A DNA stretch of 64,000 bases from an uncultured Syntrophorhabdus sp. (GTDB taxonomy: Bacteria; Desulfobacterota; Syntrophorhabdia; Syntrophorhabdales; Syntrophorhabdaceae), in contig CAYXSH010000004.1 in the NCBI GenBank assembly GCA_964466585.1, positions 14,463 to 78,462 on the forward strand, given 5' to 3'. Made by a program: the position numbers and the translations under genes. The notes under the pieces were generated by a model that did no database searches, had not been told where the DNA came from, and saw only the letters and a program-made list of their open reading frames with translations. Below, piece by piece: positions 36,236 through 45,883 of this stretch (its first letter is position 1; each line of letters starts with the position of its first letter).

Positions 36236-37591
36236 ATGATGAAACTCTGGTCCTGCATACGTAAAGAACTTCTCCTTTTGTTCAGGGACCTGACCGGCCT
36301 TCTCGTCATATTTTTTATGCCCGTCGCCCTTGTCATCGTCGTTACCCTCGTTCAGGAGAACGCGATGAGGCACATGGGGGAAACAAGGACAAAAGCGCTC
36401 TTTATCGATATGGACGGAGGGGACGTGGGCCGGCAGATCGGCCGGACGCTCAAGGGATCCCCATGGCTGGAGGTGACAGACCGGACGGCGAAGAAGGGCT
36501 CCGGCATCGAAACAGCCAGGAGGACCGTCGCGGAAGGCAACATCCAGTTCGCCGTCATCGTCCCTGCCGCGACCACGAATACCTTCATAAAAAAGGCCCG
36601 CCGGTCGGTTGAAAATTCCATTGTGACCGATCTGTCGAAGAAAAGGACGCGGGGGGAAACTGCCGGGGCCGATGCCCCGGCGCTGCTCGTCTTCCTGGAC
36701 CCGGCCCTCACGGAGAGCGTACGGGCAAACATTGTCAACCTGCTTGAAAAGGCCATCCTGGGCATAGAGATCAAGGAAAAGATGAAGATATTCTCCGGGA
36801 TGCTCCCCGTGGAAATGGAGAAGGTCGCCAAAAAGGCAATGGGGGGCTTCTGGTCTGAAGAGACCAAAAAGCTGATCCCCAGGGCCCGCGTCGAGTGGGA
36901 CGACAGGATGATCATGACCGTCCGCGAGGAGGTGGCGCAGTACGAAAGGTCCTTCAGGGTGCCCAACGCGGTGCAGCAGAACGTCCCTGCATGGACGCTC
37001 TTCGGCATGTTCTTCATCGTCGTTCCCCTTGCGGGCTCTCTCATACGCGAGCGCCAGTCGGGCATGACGCTGCGGCTCCTCACCATGCCCGTGTCGCATC
37101 TCACGATAATGTCGGGCAAGATCATCTCCTACGTGATCATCTGCATATGCCAGCTCTTGCTGATCATGGCCACAGGCATGTTCCTGCTCCCCCTCATGGG
37201 CACAGAGGTTCTCAACATCGGGTCGTCGCCGGCCGCGGTCCTGATCATCGCCGTCAGCGCGGCACTGGCGGCATCTGGTTACGGCATCCTCCTCGGCACC
37301 GTGGCCCGCACCTATGAACAGGCCTCCATGTTCGGCGCCGTGTCCGTGGTCATATGCGCCGCACTGGGAGGTTTCATGGTGCCCGTGTATATAATGCCGA
37401 AGATCATGCAGAAAATAAGCGTCTTTTCCCCCCTCTCATGGGGGCTTCGCGCTTTCCTCGAGGTCTTCGTCAGGGGCGGCGGCATACGCTCCGTTCTTCC
37501 TTACGTGGCGCTGCTTTTGCTTTTTTTTCTGGTCACAACGCTCGGTGCGTGGTTTTATATATACCGGAAAGGATTGACAAGGACCAATTAA
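36236..37591 (+). CDS. ABC-2 type transporter permease with large N-terminal extracytoplasmic loop
   Basis: 451 aa: one N-terminal TM segment, a ~200-aa soluble loop, then a C-terminal block of hydrophobic helices. Follows the ATPase gene. Confidence 0.8.
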   Translation: MMKLWSCIRKELLLLFRDLTGLLVIFFMPVALVIVVTLVQENAMRHMGETRTKALFIDMDGGDVGRQIGRTLKGSPWLEVTDRTAKKGSGIETARRTVAEGNIQFAVIVPAATTNTFIKKARRSVENSIVTDLSKKRTRGETAGADAPALLVFLDPALTESVRANIVNLLEKAILGIEIKEKMKIFSGMLPVEMEKVAKKAMGGFWSEETKKLIPRARVEWDDRMIMTVREEVAQYERSFRVPNAVQQNVPAWTLFGMFFIVVPLAGSLIRERQSGMTLRLLTMPVSHLTIMSGKIISYVIICICQLLLIMATGMFLLPLMGTEVLNIGSSPAAVLIIAVSAALAASGYGILLGTVARTYEQASMFGAVSVVICAALGGFMVPVYIMPKIMQKISVFSPLSWGLRAFLEVFVRGGGIRSVLPYVALLLLFFLVTTLGAWFYIYRKGLTRTN

Positions 37592-37612
37592 CAGCATGAA
37601 GGTGGATAGGTA

Positions 37613-37897
37613 ATGAAACTGTTCGAACAACCGGGATTGGAATTTGAAAAACAGCTGCTGGAGATGATCGTCGACGTATGCAAGATACCCGATCCTGTGC
37701 CTGACGATTTCTCCCCCGATGACCCTCTCATAGGGCGCGATTCTCCCCTCGGGCTGGACTCGCTGGACGCCGTGGAGATCGTCGTGTCCGTGGAGAAGAG
37801 ATACAGCGTCAGGATAAACGTTGAGGAAACGAGCCGCGAGGTGTTCAGGTCCGTAAGGACACTTGCGGACTACATAAGGAAGCAGATAAAGGCTTGA
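37613..37897 (+). CDS. Acyl carrier protein (type a, copy 1)
   Basis: Phosphopantetheine attachment motif LGLDSLDAVEIVV; 94 aa. Confidence 0.85.
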   Translation: MKLFEQPGLEFEKQLLEMIVDVCKIPDPVPDDFSPDDPLIGRDSPLGLDSLDAVEIVVSVEKRYSVRINVEETSREVFRSVRTLADYIRKQIKA

Positions 37898-37918
37898 GCT
37901 GCGGCGAGGTTGCCCTGA

Positions 37919-38320
37919 ATGGACAGGAAAAGCGTTCCCCAGGACGAAGGTGTTTTCGGCGAATGGCGCGGCATCAACTACGCCGTCGATGAATCCGGTC
38001 AATATGTGCTGGAAAAGTCATCGGGGTGGGAACCGGTGAACATCGTCGACAGGCAGGCATGGGACGCGGTGGCGGAGAATATCGCATTCGTCAGGGAAAA
38101 AATGGAAAAGGGCGAGGTCAGCCCGATCGCTTATTACATGGCAAAGAACCTCATGGACGTCAAGATGCTCTCGCGTTACATCGGTATCTCTCGCTGGAGG
38201 GTGAAAAGGCACGTCGACCCCGGGGTGTTCCGGCGACTGCCCCCTTCACTGCTTGAGCGATACGCTAAGGTCTTCGGCATAACCGTGGAACAACTCATTT
38301 CGGGCGGGAAAAATGGATGA
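37919..38320 (+). CDS. Conserved 133-aa HTH-like protein (copy 2)
   Basis: Collinear paralog of 34058..34459 with the same length and the same 8-nt overlap with the following gene. Confidence 0.5.
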   Translation: MDRKSVPQDEGVFGEWRGINYAVDESGQYVLEKSSGWEPVNIVDRQAWDAVAENIAFVREKMEKGEVSPIAYYMAKNLMDVKMLSRYIGISRWRVKRHVDPGVFRRLPPSLLERYAKVFGITVEQLISGGKNG

Positions 38321-39326
38321 CCTGGCAATGGTAGATTTCGCGCACCGCATCTCCGCCCACTGCGAGAGCGGTTCCACTTCCAGCCTGCTCTTCCATTACG
38401 GTGTCAAGGCCTCGGAGGCGCTCACCTTCGGGATCGGTTCAGGTGTGTTCTTCGGTTATTTCCCCTTTCTCAAGATGAACGGCTCCCCGCTTGTCACGTA
38501 CCGCACCTTCCCGGGCAGGCTCATGAAGAACGTCGCCGGCCGCCTCGGGGTCGGGGTGAAGTGCGTCAAGTTCAAAGACCCCGAAAAAGGCATGGAGGCG
38601 CTCGACGATATGCTGCAAAAGGGCATCCCCGTCTGTCTGCAGACGGCCGTGTACTGGCTCCCCTATTTCCCTCCCGCCTTCAGGGTCCACTTCGATGCCC
38701 ATTTCGTCATCGCCTACGGCAAGAACGGCAGCGGCTACCTCATAAGCGATCCCGTCATGGACGGCCCCGTCACGTGCCTGAGGGAAGACCTCATAAAGGC
38801 GCGTTTCTCAAAAGGCGCGTTCTCGCCCAAAGGGAAGATGTTCCGTTTTATGGGGGCACCCGAGCGTATCGACCTCCCGGCGGCGGTCGTAAAGGGTATA
38901 AAGGAGGCCTGTTTCGTAATGCTCAAACTGCCGATCCCGATAGTCGGCGCGAGGGGGATCAGGTTCTTTGCGGAAAGGATAAGGAACTGGCCCGGAAAGC
39001 ACGGGAACCGCAAGGCGCTGCTTAATCTCGGCAATGTCGTAAGGCTGCAGGAAGAGTTCGGGACAGGGGGCGGGGGCTTTCGCTTCATGTACGCCGCCTT
39101 TCTGCAGGAAGCCGCGGGCATACTGAAGGACGACCGCCTGCTCGGCCTCTCGGAGAGGATGACGATGATCGGCGACAGGTGGAGGGAATTTGCCGCCTCA
39201 AGCGCGAGGATATGCAAGGACAGGGCATCGGAGAAAGACAATTTCAGCCTTTTGAGCGAGATCCTCCTTGACTGCGCAGAAAAGGAACACGGGCTTTTCC
39301 GCGACCTTTCAGAAATAGTCCGGTGA
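38313..39326 (+). CDS. BtrH-N-like acyltransferase family protein (copy 2)
   Basis: Collinear paralog of 34452..35465 (HRISAHCESGSTSSLLFHYG). Contains a 122-bp tract identical to copy 1. Confidence 0.65.
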   Translation: MDDLAMVDFAHRISAHCESGSTSSLLFHYGVKASEALTFGIGSGVFFGYFPFLKMNGSPLVTYRTFPGRLMKNVAGRLGVGVKCVKFKDPEKGMEALDDMLQKGIPVCLQTAVYWLPYFPPAFRVHFDAHFVIAYGKNGSGYLISDPVMDGPVTCLREDLIKARFSKGAFSPKGKMFRFMGAPERIDLPAAVVKGIKEACFVMLKLPIPIVGARGIRFFAERIRNWPGKHGNRKALLNLGNVVRLQEEFGTGGGGFRFMYAAFLQEAAGILKDDRLLGLSERMTMIGDRWREFAASSARICKDRASEKDNFSLLSEILLDCAEKEHGLFRDLSEIVR

Positions 39327-39350
39327 AGACCGCCGCGGCACAGGCCCCAT

Positions 39351-39468
39351 GCTCCTTCACGCGGCGCTGCTTTTGCTTTTTTTTCTGGTCACAACGCCCG
39401 GTGCGTGGTTTTATATATATCTAAAATGACCGGCAAGGACCAATTAACAGGATGAAGGCGGATATTTA
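39351..39468 (+). pseudogene. Remnant of the 3' end of an ABC-2 permease gene plus ACP leader (duplicate of ~37493..37612)
   Basis: ctccttcacgcggcgctgcttttgcttttttttctggtcacaacgcccggtgcgtggttttatatata aligns with the last ~30 codons of 36236..37591. No upstream ORF remains. Confidence 0.65.
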
Positions 39469-39753
39469 ATGAAACTGTTCGAACAACCGGGATTGGAATT
39501 TGAAAAGCAGCTGCTGGAGATGATCGTCGACGTATGCAAGATACCCGATCCCGTGCCTGACGATTTCTCCCCCGATGACCCTCTCATAGGGCGCGATTCT
39601 CCCCTCGGGCTGGACTCGCTGGACGCCGTGGAGATCGTCGTGTCCGTGGAGAAGAGATACAGCGTCAGGATAAACGTTGAGGAAACGAGCCGCGAGGTGT
39701 TCAGGTCCGTAAGGACACTTGCGGACTACATAAGGAAGCAGATAGGGGCATGA
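39469..39753 (+). CDS. Acyl carrier protein (type a, copy 2)
   Basis: Protein identical to 37613..37897 except for the penultimate residue (K to G). Confidence 0.85.
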   Translation: MKLFEQPGLEFEKQLLEMIVDVCKIPDPVPDDFSPDDPLIGRDSPLGLDSLDAVEIVVSVEKRYSVRINVEETSREVFRSVRTLADYIRKQIGA

Positions 39754-39971
39754 ACCGTTGCGGGCAGGTGGAAAATATCCACGGGCCCGGTATATAGAGG
39801 CTGAACCGATGCTGCACCGGCAGCCCATTTAAGACCGTATCAGCACCCTGGAGACTCTGGTAGTTTTGATCGGGATGGCGACAACGGGAAAAACTTTGAA
39901 GTATCACTGTCATGCAGGCCAAAACAGCCCGGCAAACGGCGGTAGCCTGCCTTTTTAAGGGTGATGACGAA

Positions 39972-40703
39972 ATGGAAGAAAAACGAGAGATAGCACTGGT
40001 AACCGGTGGGAGCAAGGGTATCGGGGCGGCCGTAGCCGCCGCACTTGCCCGTGACGGCTTCGATATATGGCTGAACTACCGCAGCGACCACGGGTCGGCA
40101 TCCAGGGTGGCCGCGGAGGTCGAAAAAGAGGGGGCCTCATGCCTGCTCCTTCCCTTCGATGTGGCAGACGGCGATGCCGCAAAGGCCTCCCTTGCGCCGC
40201 TTCTCGAAAATGACACGCCATATGCCGTCGTGAACAACGCGGGGTATGCAAAAGACACGATAATGGCCATGATGAGCGACCAGGAATGGAAAGGCGTCAT
40301 TTCCGTGGCCCTCGACGGGTTCTTCTTCGTCACCAGGCTTGTTCTGGTCAACATGCTCCGCAAGCGCCGCGGACGGATAGTGAACATAGTCTCCACATCG
40401 GGGCAAAGCGGCATGCCCGGCCAGACCAATTATTCCGCGGCGAAGGCGGGCCTCATCGGCGCTACCAAGGCGCTCGCGGCAGAGGTCGCAAAGAGGAACA
40501 TCCTGGTGAACGCCGTCTCCCCCGGTTTCATTGAGACGGACATGACACAGGACCTGCCGAAGGACAGGATCCTGCCCATGGTCCCTCTCGGGCGGCTCGG
40601 GAAACCGGCAGACGTTGCCGGGGCCGTGAGTTTCCTCTTATCGGACAAGGCCGCCTACATCACCGGGCAGATCATAGCCGTCAACGGCGGCACGTACATG
40701 TAG
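39972..40703 (+). CDS. fabG: 3-oxoacyl-ACP reductase (SDR)
   Basis: TGGSKGIG cofactor motif and catalytic NYSAAKAG (YxxxK). ATG at 39972 is preferred over the track start 39912. Confidence 0.9.
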   Translation: MEEKREIALVTGGSKGIGAAVAAALARDGFDIWLNYRSDHGSASRVAAEVEKEGASCLLLPFDVADGDAAKASLAPLLENDTPYAVVNNAGYAKDTIMAMMSDQEWKGVISVALDGFFFVTRLVLVNMLRKRRGRIVNIVSTSGQSGMPGQTNYSAAKAGLIGATKALAAEVAKRNILVNAVSPGFIETDMTQDLPKDRILPMVPLGRLGKPADVAGAVSFLLSDKAAYITGQIIAVNGGTYM

Positions 40704-40704
40704 G

Positions 40705-41628
40705 ATGTCAGCGGGACCGATCACCATGGCAGCCAGCACACAGACAACACCTTGCATCACGAACGCGCTCTGTTTCGATATCGACGACCTCGCCTACAGC
40801 CTGGACATGAAGAACGGGGCAAGCCACTCGTCGGAATACCTCGTCGAAAAAGAGACTTACAGCCTTATCGGGTTCCTCGACGGACTCGGCCTGAAAGCCA
40901 CCATGTTCATACCCGGATACGTGGCTGAGCATTTCCCCGGGCTTGTGGGCTCAATAGCCGACGCGGGCCACGAGGTGGGATCACACGGGTACCGGCACAT
41001 CATCGCCGAGCGCCTCCAGCGGAAAAGGTTCCGCAGCGACGTGGCCAGGAGCAAGAAAAAGCTGGAGGATATCATATCGAAAGAGGTCTGCACGTACAGG
41101 TCTCCCAGCTGGGGCATCACTGCCCGCACCCCCTGGGCATACGACGAGCTCATAGAGGCGGGCTACAGGATCGACAACACGGCGCAGCCGGCCCTGCTGA
41201 AATACCTGGGGCGCTCCCCCACGGACATGACACCGTTCCTTTACAAGGACATCCTGACCGTCATACCCGTCACTTCCTTCAGGCTCTTCAAAGACAACGC
41301 CGTGCCTTTCAACGGGGGCCTCTTCTGCGCCTACGTACCGATAAACGCACAGATAGGGTATTTTAAAAGCCTTAACAAAAAGGGGCTGCCCTTCAATTAT
41401 TTCTGCCACCCCTATGAAGCAAACCCTGAAGGCGTCAACAGGAACATCTGGAAATGCCATTCCCTAAACGCCACGCTCTACGGCATGTACTTCGGCAAGT
41501 ACCGAGGTTACATCACGCGCCTTGCAGGCTGCTTCAGGCTGGGCCCGCTGAAAGAAGCCTACGCGGGCTTCACGGGGTCCGCGGGTAAAACCGTGTACAG
41601 CAAGGAACAGACCCTGTCGACGGGCTGA
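40705..41628 (+). CDS. Polysaccharide deacetylase (NodB-fold) family protein
   Basis: CFDIDD and HEVGSHGYRH motifs, with GLKATMFIPG between them. Confidence 0.75.
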   Translation: MSAGPITMAASTQTTPCITNALCFDIDDLAYSLDMKNGASHSSEYLVEKETYSLIGFLDGLGLKATMFIPGYVAEHFPGLVGSIADAGHEVGSHGYRHIIAERLQRKRFRSDVARSKKKLEDIISKEVCTYRSPSWGITARTPWAYDELIEAGYRIDNTAQPALLKYLGRSPTDMTPFLYKDILTVIPVTSFRLFKDNAVPFNGGLFCAYVPINAQIGYFKSLNKKGLPFNYFCHPYEANPEGVNRNIWKCHSLNATLYGMYFGKYRGYITRLAGCFRLGPLKEAYAGFTGSAGKTVYSKEQTLSTG

Positions 41629-41699
41629 TAAATGTTGGAAATGCGTTCTTTTAATGATAGATTAACCATAAAAACAAACACCATGATCGAAAGGACGTT

Positions 41700-42920
41700 A
41701 TGAACAGGGTAGTCATCACCGGCATAGGGATAGTGTCCTGCCTTGGAACGGGCACCATGGCCGCGGGGGAATCGCTGCGCCGGGGCAGATCGGGCGTTAT
41801 ATACGACACGAAACGCGCCGAACTGGGGTTCCGCAGTCCGCTGACCGGAACTATCGGGGATTTCGATCCCGGAAAGGTCCTCTCGAAAAAGCAGCGCAAG
41901 ACGATGCCTGACTTTGCCATCCAGGCCTATGCGGCCGCGATGGAGGCCCTCGGGATGTCGGGCCTTGCCCCCGGGGACATTCAGAACGAGGAAACGGGGC
42001 TCATATTCGGATGCGATTCAAGCTGCATAGCCGCGGTGGAACAGGTAAACCTCCTTAAGGAACACGGCGAATCACGTTCTATCGGTAGCGGTTATGTCTT
42101 CCGTTCAATGACCTCCACCGTCACGATGAACCTCAACACCCTGCTGAAGACCAGGGGGGCGTGCTGGACCATCAGCTCCGCCTGTTCAAGCGGCGGGCAC
42201 GCCGTGGGACAGGCTGCCGACCTCATCTCCCTCGGGAAACAGGAAAGGGTCATATGCGGCGGCGCGCAGGAGATAAACTGGGAATCCATGTGCAGCTTCG
42301 ACGCCCTCGGCGCCTTTTCGACCAATTTCGACAACCCCGGGGCGGCCAGCCGCCCCTTCGACAAGGACCGTGACGGCCTCGTCCCGGGCGGCGGCGCTGC
42401 CGCCCTGGTACTGGAAAGCCTGGAGGGAGCACGGAAAAGGAACGCGGTCATCCTCGGGGAGGTCCGTTCCTACGGCTTTTCCTCAGACGGCATGCACCTG
42501 TCGGTCCCAAGGCTGGAAGGCATCCAGAGCGCCATGGAAAAGGCCTTGAAGTTAGCCGGCATGGGGCCCGGCGACATCGACTATGTCTGTGCCCACGCCA
42601 CATCGACACCACTTGGCGACGCGGCGGAAGCACAGGCCATCTCCAAGGTCTTCGGGGCAAGAACGCCTTACGTCTCGTCGCTCAAGTCCATGACAGGGCA
42701 TGAGCTCTGGATGTCCGGAGCGTCGCAGGTGGTGTACTCGGTCATAATGGCCCGGCAGGGCTTCATCGCGCCGAATATAAACTTCGAGGAACCCGATGAG
42801 CACTCCCGGGGGCTCAATATCGTGAAAGAAACCGTTGAAAGGCCTCCCCGTGCCGTCATGTGCAACGCGGCCGGGTTCGGCGGCACGAATTCCTGCGTGG
42901 TCCTCACCTTCAACGAATGA
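41700..42920 (+). CDS. Beta-ketoacyl-ACP synthase (KAS I/II type)
   Basis: Active-site Cys SSACSSGGHA and His motifs CAHATSTPLGD and MTGHELWMSG. Confidence 0.9.
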   Translation: MNRVVITGIGIVSCLGTGTMAAGESLRRGRSGVIYDTKRAELGFRSPLTGTIGDFDPGKVLSKKQRKTMPDFAIQAYAAAMEALGMSGLAPGDIQNEETGLIFGCDSSCIAAVEQVNLLKEHGESRSIGSGYVFRSMTSTVTMNLNTLLKTRGACWTISSACSSGGHAVGQAADLISLGKQERVICGGAQEINWESMCSFDALGAFSTNFDNPGAASRPFDKDRDGLVPGGGAAALVLESLEGARKRNAVILGEVRSYGFSSDGMHLSVPRLEGIQSAMEKALKLAGMGPGDIDYVCAHATSTPLGDAAEAQAISKVFGARTPYVSSLKSMTGHELWMSGASQVVYSVIMARQGFIAPNINFEEPDEHSRGLNIVKETVERPPRAVMCNAAGFGGTNSCVVLTFNE

Positions 42921-44413
42921 AATACGATCATGTCGTAATAGGCGGCGGGGTGTCGGGTATGACAGCCGCCCTGATACTGGCGAAACACGGCTGCCGCACG
43001 GCCCTCGTGGAGCGTTCGCGGCACCTGGCGCCGACGGTCAGGGGCTTCACGAGAAACGGGGTCTTTTTCGATACCGGCTTCCATTATACCGGCGCCCTCG
43101 GGGCGGGGGAACCTCTGGACACCTTCTTCAGGTACCTGGGGGTCCTGGGAGGCATCGAGGCCTTTCCTTTCAATAAGGACGGTTTCGATATCATGTGCTG
43201 CCTCGACCCCGCATTCGAGTTCCATCAGCCCTGCGGTTACGAAAACCTGGCCGGGGCCCTGAGCGGCGCCTTCCCCGGCGACAGGGAGGCCATAGACGAA
43301 TACCTGGGGACCGTCCGGAAGATATACTCCTCGCTCCCTTACGTGGACCTTGACAGGCAGATCGGGCCGGAGGAGACGTTCTCGAGCGTGCACGGGCCAA
43401 GCCTCGAGGAATTCCTGGACAGGCTCACCGGCAACAGTCTCCTTAAATGCATACTCTCCATGCACTGTTTCCTTTACGGGGTGTCACCCGGGGAAACCCT
43501 TTTCGTGAACCATGCCTGCATAGCGGGTTCATACTATGAATCGGCAAGCGGCATCAAGGGCGGCGGGCAAAGCCTCGTTAATGCCTTTGAAGCCGCGCTC
43601 GATAAAGCGGGGGTAAGCATATACCGCGGACAGGGGGCAAAACAGATCCTCTTCGCCCCGGGCGGGGCGGTCAGCGGCGTGGCCCTCCGGGACGGCACCA
43701 TTCTTGAGTGCGGGGGCTGCGTGTCCACCGTCCACCCGCACATACTGCTCACGATGGTCCCGGACAAGCTCCTGCGCCCCGCATACGTGAAGCGCCTCCA
43801 GGACCTGGAAGACACATCTTCCGCCTGCATACTTTTCGCTGAATGCAAAAGGCCCGTCGAGCGCCTCCAGGGGTCCAATCTCTTCATATTCCCGCGGCCG
43901 GATTTCTCTTTTTTCCATAACGACCTGCCGGTGGAGAAAAGGCCCCTCTATATGACCGCCGCACACGGAAGCGGCGGGTCAGGGAAACACGGGTTCATCG
44001 CCATCTGTCCCATGTCGAGCGCAAAGACGCAGCGCTGGTCGGACTCCGTAACGGGAAAGCGCCCCGAGGAGTACGGGGCCTTCAAAAAAGAACTGACCGA
44101 AAAGATCCGCCGCCATATAGAGGAATCGTGCCCCGGGATAGAGGGCACGGTCACAGCCGTTGAATGTGCGACGCCGCTCACTCTGAGGGATTACACGGGC
44201 AGCCCTTACGGCAGTATTTACGGGGTAAAGCACAGGACGGGGCAGTATAACCCGATGCCCGTCACCAGGCTGAAAGGGCTCTACCTCGCCGGCCAGGCCG
44301 TGACCGCTCCCGGCATCATGGGCGCCGTCATGTCCGGGTTCATCGTTTGCGAGAACATATTCGGGCGGGAGCATCTCAGGGAGGAACTGAAGGAATGCAG
44401 GCTGCAAGGGTAG
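42917..44413 (+). CDS. NAD(P)/FAD-dependent oxidoreductase, phytoene-desaturase (CrtI) family
   Basis: ATGA overlap with the KS gene. Dinucleotide fold MKYDHVVIGGGVSGMTAALILAKHG. ~498 aa. Confidence 0.8.
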   Translation: MKYDHVVIGGGVSGMTAALILAKHGCRTALVERSRHLAPTVRGFTRNGVFFDTGFHYTGALGAGEPLDTFFRYLGVLGGIEAFPFNKDGFDIMCCLDPAFEFHQPCGYENLAGALSGAFPGDREAIDEYLGTVRKIYSSLPYVDLDRQIGPEETFSSVHGPSLEEFLDRLTGNSLLKCILSMHCFLYGVSPGETLFVNHACIAGSYYESASGIKGGGQSLVNAFEAALDKAGVSIYRGQGAKQILFAPGGAVSGVALRDGTILECGGCVSTVHPHILLTMVPDKLLRPAYVKRLQDLEDTSSACILFAECKRPVERLQGSNLFIFPRPDFSFFHNDLPVEKRPLYMTAAHGSGGSGKHGFIAICPMSSAKTQRWSDSVTGKRPEEYGAFKKELTEKIRRHIEESCPGIEGTVTAVECATPLTLRDYTGSPYGSIYGVKHRTGQYNPMPVTRLKGLYLAGQAVTAPGIMGAVMSGFIVCENIFGREHLREELKECRLQG

Positions 44414-45630
44414 TAATAACCGGAATGGGTTCCATATCGCCCTTCGGGCGGGGCGTGGATACCCTCGTGGATTCCCTTTTGAACATGAAAAGCGCCGTGG
44501 CCAACGTCCCGGCGCTGGCAGACCTGGGCGGGCTCAGGACCAGGGTGGCAGCCCTTGTCCCCGACATTGACCCGAAGGAGATACCCAGGAAGCACAGAAG
44601 GTCCATGTCGATGATGTCGGTATACGCCGTGCTCGCGTGCAGGGAAGCGCTGGGCCGAAGCGCTCCCGGGGAGGAACGCCTCTCCGGCGGAAGGATGGGG
44701 GTCATCATAGGTTCGACCGTGGGGAGCCCCATAGTAACGGAAGAGTTCTTTGCCGGCTACCTTGCCGGGCACAGCATTGAAAATATGAGGGCCACCACCT
44801 TCTTCCAGATCATGAACCACTCCTGCGCGTCAAACGCGGCCCAGATCCTGGGCATCAACGGCCGGATCCTGGCCCCTTCCTCGGCTTGTTCCACATCCTG
44901 CCAGGCGATCGGGTACGGCTACGAGATGATAGCATTCGGCAAGCAGGACATGATGCTCTGCGGGGGCGCGGACGAGTTCCATCCTTTGAGCCCGGCAACA
45001 TTCGACATCATGAACGCCGCCTCTGTCGTATACAACGACACCCCGGACCGCACACCCCGGCCGTTCGACCGCGACAGGGACGGGGTGGTCTGTTCCGAAG
45101 GCAGCGGCATACTGCTTTTGGAATCGCTGGATTCGGCAAAAGAACGGGGCGCTCCCATCCTTGCCGAGATAGCCGGTTTTGCCACCCGGTGCGACACGTC
45201 CAACATCGCCGATCCCAACAGCGATTCCATGGAGGCCTGCATGAAACAGGCGCTGGAGGATGCCGGCATGACCGCCGGGGACATCGGCCACGTGAACGCC
45301 CACGCCACGGGCACAATACAGGGCGATAACGCGGAGGCCGAGGCGATCGGAAGGGTCTTCGGGGACAGCGTACCGGTCAGCAGCCTGAAGGGGCACCTGG
45401 GCCACACAATGGCCGCATGCGGCGCCCTTGAAATGATCGCGTCCATCGCCATGATCCGGGGCGGATACGTTATCCCGACGCTGAACCTGGAGAACGTAGA
45501 CCCGTCCTGCGCGGGGATCAGGCATGTCCGGAAGGCCGAGAACCTGGACATCGGGGCCGTCATGAAAAACAATTTTGCCCTGGGCGGCGTAAACACATCT
45601 ATTGTCATAAGGAGGTACGAGCATGACTGA
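44395..45630 (+). CDS. Beta-ketoacyl-ACP synthase II-like
   Basis: SSACSTSCQAIG, NAHATGTIQGD and KGHLGHTMAACG (Cys-His-His triad). Confidence 0.9.
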   Translation: MQAARVVITGMGSISPFGRGVDTLVDSLLNMKSAVANVPALADLGGLRTRVAALVPDIDPKEIPRKHRRSMSMMSVYAVLACREALGRSAPGEERLSGGRMGVIIGSTVGSPIVTEEFFAGYLAGHSIENMRATTFFQIMNHSCASNAAQILGINGRILAPSSACSTSCQAIGYGYEMIAFGKQDMMLCGGADEFHPLSPATFDIMNAASVVYNDTPDRTPRPFDRDRDGVVCSEGSGILLLESLDSAKERGAPILAEIAGFATRCDTSNIADPNSDSMEACMKQALEDAGMTAGDIGHVNAHATGTIQGDNAEAEAIGRVFGDSVPVSSLKGHLGHTMAACGALEMIASIAMIRGGYVIPTLNLENVDPSCAGIRHVRKAENLDIGAVMKNNFALGGVNTSIVIRRYEHD

Positions 45631-45877
45631 CCAGGAAATTATCGAGCTCATCGATACCACGCTCGCCAACGAATTTGAACTCAACATCGATGATATGGTC
45701 CCCGGCGCCGTTCTAAAGGACGACCTCGGCCTTGACAGCCTTGACAGGGTCGACATGGTGATCGTGCTCGAAAAGGCCTTCAGCTTCAAGATGAGCGAGG
45801 AAGAAGCCATCCGGGCCATCCGCACGCTGGGCGATATCCACAATTTCGTTATAAACAAAAAACATGAAATGCAGTAA
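45623..45877 (+). CDS. Acyl carrier protein (type b)
   Basis: LGLDSLDRVDMVIVLE; 84 aa; overlaps the KS stop. Confidence 0.85.
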   Translation: MTDQEIIELIDTTLANEFELNIDDMVPGAVLKDDLGLDSLDRVDMVIVLEKAFSFKMSEEEAIRAIRTLGDIHNFVINKKHEMQ

Positions 45878-45883
45878 AACCTG

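Noticed and set aside
35897-37099. 400-aa minus-strand ORF
   Set aside because: Antisense to the ABC ATPase and permease genes; His/Arg/Gly/Pro-rich shadow ORF.
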